From: Clostridia bacterium
GTDB taxonomy: Bacteria; Bacillota; Clostridia; TANB77; CAG-508
Reading direction: 5' to 3'
Length of the DNA: 64,000 nt
Assembly: GCA_017510245.1 (NCBI GenBank)
Contig: JAFWNQ010000003.1
Location: forward strand, 1,799 to 65,798
A program made the translations under genes and the position numbers. Under the pieces are notes generated by a model. The model made no database searches, was not told the origin of the DNA, and saw nothing but the letters and a program-made list of their open reading frames with translations. Shown here in pieces: positions 19,947 to 30,151 of this stretch (positions are counted from its first letter, which is position 1; the number at the start of each line of letters is the position of its first letter).

Positions 19947-20828
19947 ATGGATAAACAAATAAAACTTTTTTTACAATTTTTACAAAGAGACAAAAAACTA
20001 TCAGACAATACTTTACAATCATATAGAAGAGACATATTACAATATGAAAAATATGTAGAAAATAATGAGATTAACTACATAAAAGTTACAGAGGAAGACA
20101 TAAAGAAGTATTTAAAAGAGCTAAAAAGAATTGGAAAAAAGACCTCTACAATATCAAGGAGTTTAGCAAGTATAAGATCATTTTATCAATTTTTAGTGAA
20201 AACAAAAAAAGTAAAAGGTGACCCAACAGCAAATGTTCAATCACCTAAAATTGAGAAGAGAGTTCCTAGTGTACTTACATCTGATGAAGTTGAGCTATTA
20301 TTAGAACAACCAAAAGATGTAGATTTAAAAGGTACTAGGGATAAAGCTATGCTTGAATTTGCATATGCTACAGGGATGAAAGTTACAGAAATTATTGATC
20401 TAAATATAGATGATATAGACTTTAAAAGTGGAACTGTTACATGTTCAAATCGTAAAAAGACAAGAACAGTACCTCTAGGAGGATTAGCTGAAAAAGCATT
20501 AAAAGAATATGTAGAGGAAACTAGACCTATACTATTAAAAGATGACAAAAATAAAGCATTATTTGTGAATATGAATGGTTCTAGACTTACAAGGCAAGGA
20601 TTCTGGAAAATAGTAAAATACTATAAAGAAAAAGCCCATATTGACAAAGAGATTACACCACATATTTTAAGACATTCATTTGCAACACACTTATTGCAGA
20701 ATGGTGCTGATTTAAAATCAATACAAGCAATGTTAGGACATTCAGATATATCTTCTACACAAGTGTATTCACAGTTTGAAACTAATGAATTGAAAAATCT
20801 TTATAAAAATACTCATCCAAGAGCATAA
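19947..20828 (+). CDS. xerD: XerD-like tyrosine recombinase (box I Arg replaced by Lys)
   Basis: RDKAMLE, LTRQGFW, TPHILRHSFATH, LGHSDISSTQVY; spoIIM-xerD synteny. Confidence 0.88.
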   Translation: MDKQIKLFLQFLQRDKKLSDNTLQSYRRDILQYEKYVENNEINYIKVTEEDIKKYLKELKRIGKKTSTISRSLASIRSFYQFLVKTKKVKGDPTANVQSPKIEKRVPSVLTSDEVELLLEQPKDVDLKGTRDKAMLEFAYATGMKVTEIIDLNIDDIDFKSGTVTCSNRKKTRTVPLGGLAEKALKEYVEETRPILLKDDKNKALFVNMNGSRLTRQGFWKIVKYYKEKAHIDKEITPHILRHSFATHLLQNGADLKSIQAMLGHSDISSTQVYSQFETNELKNLYKNTHPRA

Positions 20829-21043
20829 AAAGAAAAGGGAGATCACTGATCACCCTTTTTTGTGTGAACATAAAGATTAATTCATATAAACAAAAGTAAG
20901 AATGAACTGATTTTTATAAGGCAAAGCTGATTTAAGCTATAGTTATCATAGATTTGCAAGTTGTTTTAAGAACAATAATTTGACTATATAATAGCTTTGT
21001 GGTAAAATCTAGTTGCTATAATAATAAAAAAGAGGTGGCTAAT

Positions 21044-21244
21044 ATGAAACATAAATTTTTACAGGATTTAGGGATAGATATAGAGGAAGATACTAAAGAT
21101 GTATTAAAGCAATTTAACTTAAATGGATTTTTAGATGAGATTAGTGACAACAGACTGAAAGAAGAAGAAGAAAAAGTTGAAGAGTTAAAAGAAGAAATAG
21201 AAAATAGTGAGAAAGACGTTGATAACGAAGATAATAAGGAATAG
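21044..21244 (+). CDS. Small acidic hypothetical protein (66 aa)
   Basis: GAGGTG RBS; upstream TTGACT-17-TAAAAT promoter. Confidence 0.65.
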   Translation: MKHKFLQDLGIDIEEDTKDVLKQFNLNGFLDEISDNRLKEEEEKVEELKEEIENSEKDVDNEDNKE

Positions 21245-21257
21245 AAAGGTCTAACAA

Positions 21258-22604
21258 ATGGAAATTCCAATTAAAAAAAATGAGGAATATATAGTTAATA
21301 TAGTAGATTACGGAACTAATGGTGAAGGTATTGCAAAAGTAGATAACTTCACCATTTTTATTAATAATGCATTAAAAGGTGAAAAATGCAAAATACATAT
21401 ATTGAAAGTACTATCTTCTTATGCATATGGAAAAGTAATTGAAATAATAGAACCATCTGACAAAAGAATAAATCCAGACTGTAATATGTTTTATTTATGC
21501 GGTGGATGTGATTTAAGACATGTTGATTATAAGGAAACACTAAGAATAAAACAGGAAAAAGTTCAAAACCTAGTAAATAAAACACTAGATAAAAAGATTG
21601 TAGTAAATAAGGCAATAGGAATGGATAATCCATTATATTATAGAAATAAGGCTATATTTCCTGTTAACAATGATAAGAAAATCGGTTTTTATAAAAAAAG
21701 AACACATGACATAATAGAGTTAGATATTGAAAAAGAATATTGCAAAATTCATTCAAGTAAGTCACAAGAAATTGCACAATTCACATTAGATATTTTTGAA
21801 GGAGATATATATAATAGCAAAACTAAAAGTGGTGTTCTAAGAAATATAATGATTAGAGAAGGATTTAAAACAGGAGAGTTCATGCTTGTTCTTGTGCAAA
21901 CAACTAATGAAGTATTAATTGATGTGGATAAAATAATAAAAAAATATCCTCAAATAAAAACAATAATAATTAATAAGAATAGTAAAAACACAAATGTTAT
22001 TCTATCAAGAGATAATAAAGTTGTTTATGGTAAAGGATACATTTCAGACAAGTTGGGAGATTATTTTTTTAAGATTTCACCAAATTCGTTTTATCAAGTT
22101 AATCCAGTACAAACCGAAAGAATATATAATTTTGCAATAGAAAAAGCAGAGCTAAAAAAAACAGATATACTATGTGACTTATACTGCGGAATTGGGACAA
22201 TTGGAATTTTCGCATCAAAATATGTTAATAAGGTTTATGGTATAGAGATTGTACCTGAAGCAATAACAGATGCAAAACAAAATGCACAAGATAATAATAT
22301 ACATAATATTGAATTCATCGAAGGTGATGTGGAGAAGGCTTTTAATGATTTTATAAATAAGGATGTAAAACCTAATGTGGTTATAGTTGATCCTCCAAGA
22401 AAAGGATTAGATGCTAAGACTGTGCAAAGTTTGAATAATCTGAAATTAGAGAAATTAGTATATATTAGTTGTAATCCAGCAACAATGGTTAGAGACTTAA
22501 AAGAGTTAAAAGAAACTTATAAGATTAAAGAAATACAACCGGTTGATAATTTTTGCTATACATCACATGTGGAAACTATTGCAATTTTAGAAAAAGTTAT
22601 TTAA
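21258..22604 (+). CDS. rlmD: 23S rRNA m5U1939 methyltransferase
   Basis: TRAM domain, CGGC cluster, SFYQVN, DLYCGIG, DPPRKG, YISCNP, HVE. Confidence 0.93.
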   Translation: MEIPIKKNEEYIVNIVDYGTNGEGIAKVDNFTIFINNALKGEKCKIHILKVLSSYAYGKVIEIIEPSDKRINPDCNMFYLCGGCDLRHVDYKETLRIKQEKVQNLVNKTLDKKIVVNKAIGMDNPLYYRNKAIFPVNNDKKIGFYKKRTHDIIELDIEKEYCKIHSSKSQEIAQFTLDIFEGDIYNSKTKSGVLRNIMIREGFKTGEFMLVLVQTTNEVLIDVDKIIKKYPQIKTIIINKNSKNTNVILSRDNKVVYGKGYISDKLGDYFFKISPNSFYQVNPVQTERIYNFAIEKAELKKTDILCDLYCGIGTIGIFASKYVNKVYGIEIVPEAITDAKQNAQDNNIHNIEFIEGDVEKAFNDFINKDVKPNVVIVDPPRKGLDAKTVQSLNNLKLEKLVYISCNPATMVRDLKELKETYKIKEIQPVDNFCYTSHVETIAILEKVI

Positions 22605-22632
22605 TTTTCTAGAAAAAAAGGAGAATTTAGAT

Positions 22633-24240
22633 ATGGGAAGACTTATAGAAAAAGTGAGAACAGTGGTTGGAGAACAAAAACAAACTATAAAAAAATATAG
22701 TTTAACATTTGCTATCATTTATTTGGTTACTTTTATGATGATAGTATTAGGATTTAAAATAGATAACATAGAAAAAATATATACATTATTTATTTTAACT
22801 GATGTTTTTATCTTTGCGATAGAATCAATTTTTGATTTTAAATGGTATAGAATACCTATGTATGTAATAGCATTACTTCTATCTATAGCGGCAAACAATA
22901 CCATATATAGTGAGACAAATACCGAAAAGCAGATAATGTTTATTGCTGGAATATATATGTTTACAGTAATAATTGCAATATATAAAATTATAAAAGATTC
23001 AAATGTAAGTTTTTCTCAATTTGTAATAAGAGTTTTTAATAATGGAATTATTATTAGTATTGCATCAGCAGTAATACAAATTGGAAGTTTATTTATAGCT
23101 TTTATTATAGCTTCTTTATTATTTTCAAATACTGATATAGATATTTATCTAAAGACCGAAATATTTACTTTAGGATTTATAATTATTCCATCATCAATTC
23201 TTGCATTATTGTATGTAAAAAATGAAGTGATGAAACCTGTTAGTTTCTTGATAAGCTACATTATGCTTACCATAGTAATAATTGCTGAAGTAGTTATATA
23301 TATTTACTTTATAAAGATTCTTATTTTAAGAGAGATACCTTCAAATGTAATATTCCCTATAATTTCAGGTTTGTTTATGGGAGCATATCCTACTTGTATA
23401 ATGATTAATGGACTACAGAATAAGAACAAGTATATTGAAAAGAATATAACAATTTTACCAATTGCTTTTATACCTTTAATATGCATGCAGATTTATTCAA
23501 TTGGAGTGAGAATTGCTGAATACGGAACAACACCTGAAAGATATCTAGGAGTAATACTTGTTTTGTTTGAAATAGTAGCGGTAATTCTATCTTTTATAAA
23601 AGAAAAAAAGCATTATAGTAAAATTGTACTAATTGCAGCTGCCTTTACACTAGTTGTAATGTGCATTCCAGGAATAAATGTAATAGATTTCTCATGGAAA
23701 AGCCAATTAAGAAGATTAACTTCCGTATACAAGCAAGATACTAATTTTGACTCTTTATCTCAAGCAGACAAGGATATTGCAAAGGGAGCTTACGAATATC
23801 TTAAATATGATGAGGAGGGAGAAAAACATATTCCAAGTTATATAGACAAAGAGACCATGAATAAAAAATTGTTTAATAATGATGGTTATCAAGATTATAA
23901 TTATGGTAGCATAAACTACAATCCAGATACAAAAGAAATTCCTGTAGAAGGATTTAAAAAGGCAAGAGAAGTTGAAATATATAGTTATACAAATTCAAGT
24001 GCTAAGAACCTAGATTTTAATAAATTAAAAATATATAATGACAAAGACTTAAATGATAAAATAGAAAAAGAGATGAGATTATTTATTGAGAAAACAATAG
24101 ATACTGGAAAAATAATAAATAAAAGAGTAGATTTTGATAGTAATACATCACTATGGATTACTAGATTAAATATAAGATATAGAAAGAATAATAAAGAGAT
24201 TGAAAGCTTAAGTATTTCTGGCTACTTATTAACGAAATAA
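22633..24240 (+). CDS. Multi-pass membrane protein (DUF4153-like)
   Basis: About 11 TM segments, RIAEYGTTPERY and SQLRRL motifs. Confidence 0.65.
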   Translation: MGRLIEKVRTVVGEQKQTIKKYSLTFAIIYLVTFMMIVLGFKIDNIEKIYTLFILTDVFIFAIESIFDFKWYRIPMYVIALLLSIAANNTIYSETNTEKQIMFIAGIYMFTVIIAIYKIIKDSNVSFSQFVIRVFNNGIIISIASAVIQIGSLFIAFIIASLLFSNTDIDIYLKTEIFTLGFIIIPSSILALLYVKNEVMKPVSFLISYIMLTIVIIAEVVIYIYFIKILILREIPSNVIFPIISGLFMGAYPTCIMINGLQNKNKYIEKNITILPIAFIPLICMQIYSIGVRIAEYGTTPERYLGVILVLFEIVAVILSFIKEKKHYSKIVLIAAAFTLVVMCIPGINVIDFSWKSQLRRLTSVYKQDTNFDSLSQADKDIAKGAYEYLKYDEEGEKHIPSYIDKETMNKKLFNNDGYQDYNYGSINYNPDTKEIPVEGFKKAREVEIYSYTNSSAKNLDFNKLKIYNDKDLNDKIEKEMRLFIEKTIDTGKIINKRVDFDSNTSLWITRLNIRYRKNNKEIESLSISGYLLTK

Positions 24241-24300
24241 AATTAGCCTCTAGTTATATTATTTATGATTTTTAATATAATATAACTAGAGGTGATTTTT

Positions 24301-24759
24301 ATGAGTAAATTCAAAATTTATATTAAGTCTATATTGATTCCAGTTTTGGTAGGAGGATTTGTAGGTGTTGCTATTAACAGATTTATTGACTATGACACTT
24401 TAAATAGACCACCATTATCTCCACCAAGTATTACATTTCCAATAATTTGGACTATTTTATATGTATTAATGGGAATTTCATATGGTATTTTAAGAATAAA
24501 CAAACAAACTAGTAAAGAAATAGATTCAATTTATTATTGGCAGTTAATTGTTAATGCTTTTTGGTCTATATTTTTCTTTGTGTTTAAATGGAGATTATTT
24601 TCTTTTTTGTGGATAATTCTTTTATCTTATTTGGTATTAAAGATGATAAGTGTTTTTTACAATAAAAATAAAACAGCCGGAATAATACAAATACCATATT
24701 TGGTATGGACTATATTTGCAACATACTTGAACTTAGGAGTATATCTTTTAAATAAATAA
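24301..24759 (+). CDS. tspO: TspO/MBR tryptophan-rich sensory protein
   Basis: PPLSPP..FPIIWTILY, QLIVNAFWS, PYLVW..FATYLN. Confidence 0.93.
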   Translation: MSKFKIYIKSILIPVLVGGFVGVAINRFIDYDTLNRPPLSPPSITFPIIWTILYVLMGISYGILRINKQTSKEIDSIYYWQLIVNAFWSIFFFVFKWRLFSFLWIILLSYLVLKMISVFYNKNKTAGIIQIPYLVWTIFATYLNLGVYLLNK

Positions 24760-24797
24760 ATATTTTTTAGTGATTGCTACTCAATTACTAATATCTA

Positions 24798-24947
24798 AAA
24801 AACTAATATTAATATAAGTGAGTCACGCAGGAGAAACGCTAATGAAGTAATTGGAGACTTTCTTCTACCATAGACCATGTCAATAGTTATATTGACATAC
24901 AGTTGGAAGTTGACCGAAAAGACTTACAGTTATTCATATTAGTTTTT
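24798..24947 (+). ncRNA. Candidate rod-shaped structured ncRNA (~150 nt)
   Basis: Nested inverted repeats: aaaaactaatat/atattagttttt, gtgagtc/gacttac, gactttc/ggaagtt, atgtcaata/tattgacat; G-U pairs favour the + strand. Confidence 0.55.
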
Positions 24948-25070
24948 ATATTTTTTTTAGAGAGTATTAATCAACTATTGCAAATATTATTTTTTATAAT
25001 ATTTTTGTTGAGTTTTTATTCATTAAATGATAGAATGGATTTGTGATAAAACGGAAGAAAGGATAAAGAT

Positions 25071-26708
25071 ATGGATAATGAAGGAGATTTAAAAGAGGCA
25101 TTGGATTTTTTGGACTCATATAATATGGACAATAAAGCCCAAGCTGCAAATACAGAGCCAGAGAAAGAACAAGAATCAGATAATAAATTTGGATATCCAC
25201 CAGAATTAGCAGATACTTCTTTAGAAAGAAGGTATATAGGATTATTGCTAAACGAAATAAAAGCAATTTCAGTATATTATTTTTTATTTGATGACTGTTT
25301 TTTTGTTGATGATTTATTGCTTAATATATATAAAAAAATACTATTCACTGATGGTGAAAAATATGCACCAGTAATAGCAAAAGAAAAATTTAATTTTTCT
25401 AAAGAATCACAAGAATTATATGAAGTTAAGAATATGATTAAAGATGAATTCTATGATTCTAAATATAGACTAGATGATACTTATACTGAATTAAAGAAAA
25501 TATTTATACTAAGAAAGAATTATCTAGGAATACCAGTTAAAGACATACAAGCTAAAATAGCAGATGTATTAAACTATGAATTATACCATGAGATGACTCC
25601 TGAAGATGTTGAATCAGCTGTTGAACAAATTGCTAGTACTGAAAAATTCAAAAGATCTGTACTTAATAAAGATTTAACAAAGTTTTTAGTAGAAGGAGAT
25701 AATACTTTAACCAACGGTCTTGAATTGCCATTTCCTATAATGACAAAAGCTTTTAAAGGAATAAGAATAGGAGAAACTGCAGCATTTTCAATGCCTTCAA
25801 ACTATGGTAAAAGTAGATTTACAATTAATCTAGCGGCTTACATTGCTTTAGTTCATCAAAAGAAAGTTTTAATCATTTCAAACGAAATGTCAGAAGAAAA
25901 AATGAAACTTTGTTTGATTACGACTATTCTAAACAATCCGACAATTCAAAAGATGCACAATCAGAATGTGCATGTTTCAGAGAATCAATTATTAGAATTC
26001 AAATTTAGACCTGATGATGTTAACTCAGTTGAAGTTGACGAAAATGGATTTGTAAAGCAGGGAGAAGGAGAAAATCATTATGACTTTGCAAATAGATTGG
26101 CACAAATTTCTTCTGAATTTAGAAACGTAATAAGAGTTACAAATTGGTTTAATGACAAATTATATAATTCTATACATTTCATAGATATTACAGATCATAC
26201 AAACGATGAATTAAAAAAGGTTATAATGAACTATTATTATAAAGAACAAGTTCATTATGTGTTCTATGATACATTAAAAACAGATATTGATAATATTGGA
26301 AATGGGGAAGAATTGAAGAAAACAGCTACTATATTATCAAATTTAGCACAGAATTTTGGAATGTATATTGGCTCATCACTTCAATTATCAGAAACACAAA
26401 CAGATCCCGTAAACTTAAGTGTAAATGATATGGCTGTAAGTAGAACAGTAAAAGAAGTATTAGACACATTATGTTTATTTAAACAAATACATAATGAGGA
26501 CTTGGGAAGATATGAATATTCGACAGAAGAAACTTTTGAAAATGTTCATGATATAGAGAGATTCAAAAATCCAGATATCAGATATTATTCATGTGTAATT
26601 GATAAGAATAGAGCTGGCCCAAAACCGGTACTATTGTTTAAAATTAATTTGGCATATAACAGTTGGGAAGAACTTGGATACTTAAGATTAAAATCAGCTT
26701 CTGTATAA
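25071..26708 (+). CDS. Divergent DnaB-like (SF4) helicase, phage type
   Basis: MPSNYGKS (H1), IISNEM (H1a), VFYDTLK (H2), SLQLS (H3), DKNRAG (H4). Confidence 0.7.
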   Translation: MDNEGDLKEALDFLDSYNMDNKAQAANTEPEKEQESDNKFGYPPELADTSLERRYIGLLLNEIKAISVYYFLFDDCFFVDDLLLNIYKKILFTDGEKYAPVIAKEKFNFSKESQELYEVKNMIKDEFYDSKYRLDDTYTELKKIFILRKNYLGIPVKDIQAKIADVLNYELYHEMTPEDVESAVEQIASTEKFKRSVLNKDLTKFLVEGDNTLTNGLELPFPIMTKAFKGIRIGETAAFSMPSNYGKSRFTINLAAYIALVHQKKVLIISNEMSEEKMKLCLITTILNNPTIQKMHNQNVHVSENQLLEFKFRPDDVNSVEVDENGFVKQGEGENHYDFANRLAQISSEFRNVIRVTNWFNDKLYNSIHFIDITDHTNDELKKVIMNYYYKEQVHYVFYDTLKTDIDNIGNGEELKKTATILSNLAQNFGMYIGSSLQLSETQTDPVNLSVNDMAVSRTVKEVLDTLCLFKQIHNEDLGRYEYSTEETFENVHDIERFKNPDIRYYSCVIDKNRAGPKPVLLFKINLAYNSWEELGYLRLKSASV

Positions 26709-26729
26709 TAAAAATGGAAAGAGAGAAAT

Positions 26730-27404
26730 ATGACACTATATGAAATATTGGAAGTAAGTGAAAAAGCTTCAAACGAAGTTATAGAAAAAGCGTATAAAAC
26801 TTTAGCAAAAAAATATCATCCGGATTTACAACAAACACCAGAAGAGAAAAGAAATGCTGAAAAGAAAATGCAAAAGATAAATGAAGCTTATGAAACACTT
26901 AAAGATGAAAATAAAAGAATTGAATATGATAAAGAGCTACAGGCTGAAAAGGACAAGCAAACAGAGTATTATCAGTATAATAATATGCAAAAAAACATCA
27001 ATACTCAACCTAAGAATAATACAGAATTTAATCAACAGTCTCAATATATTCAAAATGACAATTACAGAAGTGCTACAGAATGGCAACAGATATTAGCTAA
27101 TTTATCTCCAAAAGAAAGAGATAGATTAATGAAGAGAATTCAACGTGATGCAAGGGAAGAGTATACTAGAGTAGCTGAAGACTATTATAGACAAAAAGGA
27201 TATATTGTTAAACATAAAACAACACCAAGGGAGTATCTTGCTGGTTTTATTACAATAGTAATAATCATTGCTTTACTTGGATTACTATGGTTGATTCCAC
27301 CAACAAGAAGATGGATGATTAGTGTTTACAATGGAAACATTGCAGTAAAGATAGTTGTGGATTTAATTATTAATTTTATAAAAGCATTATTTGGAAAGAT
27401 ATAG
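26730..27404 (+). CDS. J-domain protein with C-terminal TM anchor
   Basis: LYEILEV...KYHPD...INEAYETL; hydrophobic C-terminal helix. Confidence 0.9.
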   Translation: MTLYEILEVSEKASNEVIEKAYKTLAKKYHPDLQQTPEEKRNAEKKMQKINEAYETLKDENKRIEYDKELQAEKDKQTEYYQYNNMQKNINTQPKNNTEFNQQSQYIQNDNYRSATEWQQILANLSPKERDRLMKRIQRDAREEYTRVAEDYYRQKGYIVKHKTTPREYLAGFITIVIIIALLGLLWLIPPTRRWMISVYNGNIAVKIVVDLIINFIKALFGKI

Positions 27405-27422
27405 AAAGGGATGTTGTAAAAA

Positions 27423-28421
27423 ATGGAAGAAAAAAGTGTAAGTAAGAAAAAGAAAGTATTAATGGTAATAGGTGCAATTTTAGTATGTGCAATAATATAT
27501 GTGATAGTAATAAAAACTTATAAAGTGAAAAATAGAGAAATTGATAAAGTAATTTTTAACTCAAATGAGATAGAAAATGAAGAGATAATTGAAACAGAAA
27601 AACTGTATGATGAAAGTAGTTTCCCTAAAGTTGATGCTTCTTTAGCTACACAGCCTTTAGTGGATGCTATTTATAAAGATTTTACTGGAACTAGTGATGA
27701 GAACTTCAATGAAGATGTATTGAATTACTCAAATACTCATCCTGGATATGTAAAACTAATCAATGATGAGGTTGACTTAATTGTAGTTACAGAACCTTCA
27801 GAGGAAGAATTAAAACTAGCTAAAGAAAAGGGAGTAGAATTAGAAGTGATTCCAGTTGTTAAAGAGGGATTTGTATTTTATGTAAATGCTAATAATAAAG
27901 TTGATAGTTTAACAACAGAACAGATTCAAAAAATATATACTGGAGAAATTACTAATTGGAAAGAAGTTGGTGGAGAAGATGAAAAAATAAAAGCTTTCCA
28001 AAGACCAGTTAATTCGGGATCACAAACAGGAATGCTTTCTCTTGTAATGAAAGATTTAAAATTAATGGAGGCTCCAAAAGAAAACTTGATTGATACTATG
28101 AGCGAAATAATTAATCTTGTATCAAGTTATGATAATGGAAAAAATGCTATTGGATACTCTTACTACTATTATGCTACTACAATGTTTGAAACTATTGATA
28201 AAACAGTTGCAAGTAATATAAAATTGCTGGGAATAGATGGAATAAAACCAAACAATGAAACTATACAGAATTCAACATATCCATTTAACACAGCATATTA
28301 TATAGTTATAAATAAAGCTGATAGTGAGAAAGATGCTTCAAGAATACTAGCAAATCAATTGTTATCAAAAAGAGGCCAAAGTGTTGCAGAAAAGGCAGGA
28401 TATGTACCAGTAAATAAATAA
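27423..28421 (+). CDS. PstS-family substrate-binding protein (TM-anchored, orphan)
   Basis: IYTGEITNWKEVGGED, QRPVNSGSQ, AIGYS, YPF. Confidence 0.8.
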   Translation: MEEKSVSKKKKVLMVIGAILVCAIIYVIVIKTYKVKNREIDKVIFNSNEIENEEIIETEKLYDESSFPKVDASLATQPLVDAIYKDFTGTSDENFNEDVLNYSNTHPGYVKLINDEVDLIVVTEPSEEELKLAKEKGVELEVIPVVKEGFVFYVNANNKVDSLTTEQIQKIYTGEITNWKEVGGEDEKIKAFQRPVNSGSQTGMLSLVMKDLKLMEAPKENLIDTMSEIINLVSSYDNGKNAIGYSYYYYATTMFETIDKTVASNIKLLGIDGIKPNNETIQNSTYPFNTAYYIVINKADSEKDASRILANQLLSKRGQSVAEKAGYVPVNK

Positions 28422-28434
28422 TAGGAGAAATAAT

Positions 28435-30048
28435 ATGGAAAACGAAAGTGAAAAAGTTGAGAAAAAAAGATTAAGTTATAAAAAGAAGTATATTATCTTT
28501 GTAATTCTATTATTAATAATTACTGCTATTGCCTGTGTGCTTACAATAAAGTATTTATCAAAGGAAAATTCTCAAGATGAAATAATTATTATAGAGAATA
28601 GTATAGAACAACCTGTAGAAAAAAAATCAGCGGAAGATAAAAAATATACAATTAATTCGTATACAGAAACATATGATGATAATCCTATAAGGATTAATAA
28701 ACACTATTTAGTAAAAGGTGTGGAAACTTCTGAGGATTTATATGAAAAAAGTGAAAACGAACGAAAAAACTATGTACAAATAGAAGGGTTAAAGGATAGA
28801 GATACAGAAAACAGTATTAATGAGAGATTAAAACAAAAAGCTATTGAAATGGACACAGATGATGTAAATACATATGTTGCTGGTAACTTTGGAGATGTAT
28901 TATCTGTGGAGATAAATGGACTTTGCAAAAATGAAAATGACAAATATATAACAAAGCATGATTGCTTAAATGTAGATTTAAATACTGGAGAAGAGATTCC
29001 ATTGGAAAAAGTATTTATATCATCAACACCTATTAAAGCGTTAATTGTAAATGGATTATATAAAGCCCTTTCATGGGAAAATATATATGGCGCGGATGAA
29101 GGCATAATCGAATCTTATGATATGAACAAATCTGATACAAGTGACTATGAGAATAAAAGCATAGAAGTGATGAGAAAATATGATAATAATAAAGATAACA
29201 TAGACTATATAATAAGTCCTGAGAAAGTGACTATACTAGGAAGTTTAATTCAAGATAAAAATGGAAATGACATTAGTATTAATATAGATTTTGTAGATAA
29301 TATAGATGAGGTCTCAATATATAAAAGATTTTTAACGGGCAATAGTATTTATAAAGATTCAAGCATAGGTTTGAAAAAGACAATAGTTTTTACTGAAAGA
29401 TTGGAAAATAGCAGTAACTTTATAGATGGAATTAAATATGGAAAAATAGCAGATAATGTATTTGACCAAGAAATATTACAAAAAAATGGTGTAAATGCTA
29501 ATTGGTCTGTTATAAATAAAGCTATTAATGAAATTAGTAGTAAAGAGAATAGTGAAACAATAAAAAATCTAGATAGCTCAAAAGGACTTTTTATTCAAAA
29601 GGAATATGGGGTAAATGACAGTGGAGAAAGTAATTATTACAAAATATATGTAACTATTGCTAAAACAATTTGTGATATTAATTATTTTAAAAATGAAGCA
29701 TTTAAAGATTTTATACATTTACAACAGCAAGAGTCTGGAGCAGCTACGCTAGTGATGTTTTCAAAAGAATTAAAAGAATTATATCCAAATTTAGAACCTG
29801 AGGATGAAGCACATGAAACTTACTACATAGGCATTAATGGAGAATTTTTAGGTAATACAGAACAAGAGGCTAAAACTAAAACTTCATCATCAGAATATCA
29901 AAATAAAATTGAACAGTATAATCCATCTGAAACTAAACAAGAACAGGAAGTAAATAATAGTAGTATTGAAGAAGATGAAGAAGAAAACAGTACAAGTGAA
30001 AACATAACAGAAGAAAATAAAAATACTATTAATGAAAGTTCAAATTAA
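28435..30048 (+). CDS. Membrane-anchored extracellular hypothetical protein
   Basis: N-terminal TM, YVQIEGL and NVDLNTGEEIPL motifs, acidic tail. Confidence 0.7.
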   Translation: MENESEKVEKKRLSYKKKYIIFVILLLIITAIACVLTIKYLSKENSQDEIIIIENSIEQPVEKKSAEDKKYTINSYTETYDDNPIRINKHYLVKGVETSEDLYEKSENERKNYVQIEGLKDRDTENSINERLKQKAIEMDTDDVNTYVAGNFGDVLSVEINGLCKNENDKYITKHDCLNVDLNTGEEIPLEKVFISSTPIKALIVNGLYKALSWENIYGADEGIIESYDMNKSDTSDYENKSIEVMRKYDNNKDNIDYIISPEKVTILGSLIQDKNGNDISINIDFVDNIDEVSIYKRFLTGNSIYKDSSIGLKKTIVFTERLENSSNFIDGIKYGKIADNVFDQEILQKNGVNANWSVINKAINEISSKENSETIKNLDSSKGLFIQKEYGVNDSGESNYYKIYVTIAKTICDINYFKNEAFKDFIHLQQQESGAATLVMFSKELKELYPNLEPEDEAHETYYIGINGEFLGNTEQEAKTKTSSSEYQNKIEQYNPSETKQEQEVNNSSIEEDEEENSTSENITEENKNTINESSN

Positions 30049-30151
30049 TATAAAAGATGTTAAATAAAGGACGAAAAGCTAAAGTGATTGACAAATAAGG
30101 GTTTTAAGTATATAATATGGCAGAATTGAAAATAGAAAGGAAAATCAACCA

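Noticed and set aside
19947-20828. Tyrosine recombinase as a mobile-element integrase
   Set aside because: The spoIIM-xerD synteny and LTRQGFW motif indicate chromosomal XerD
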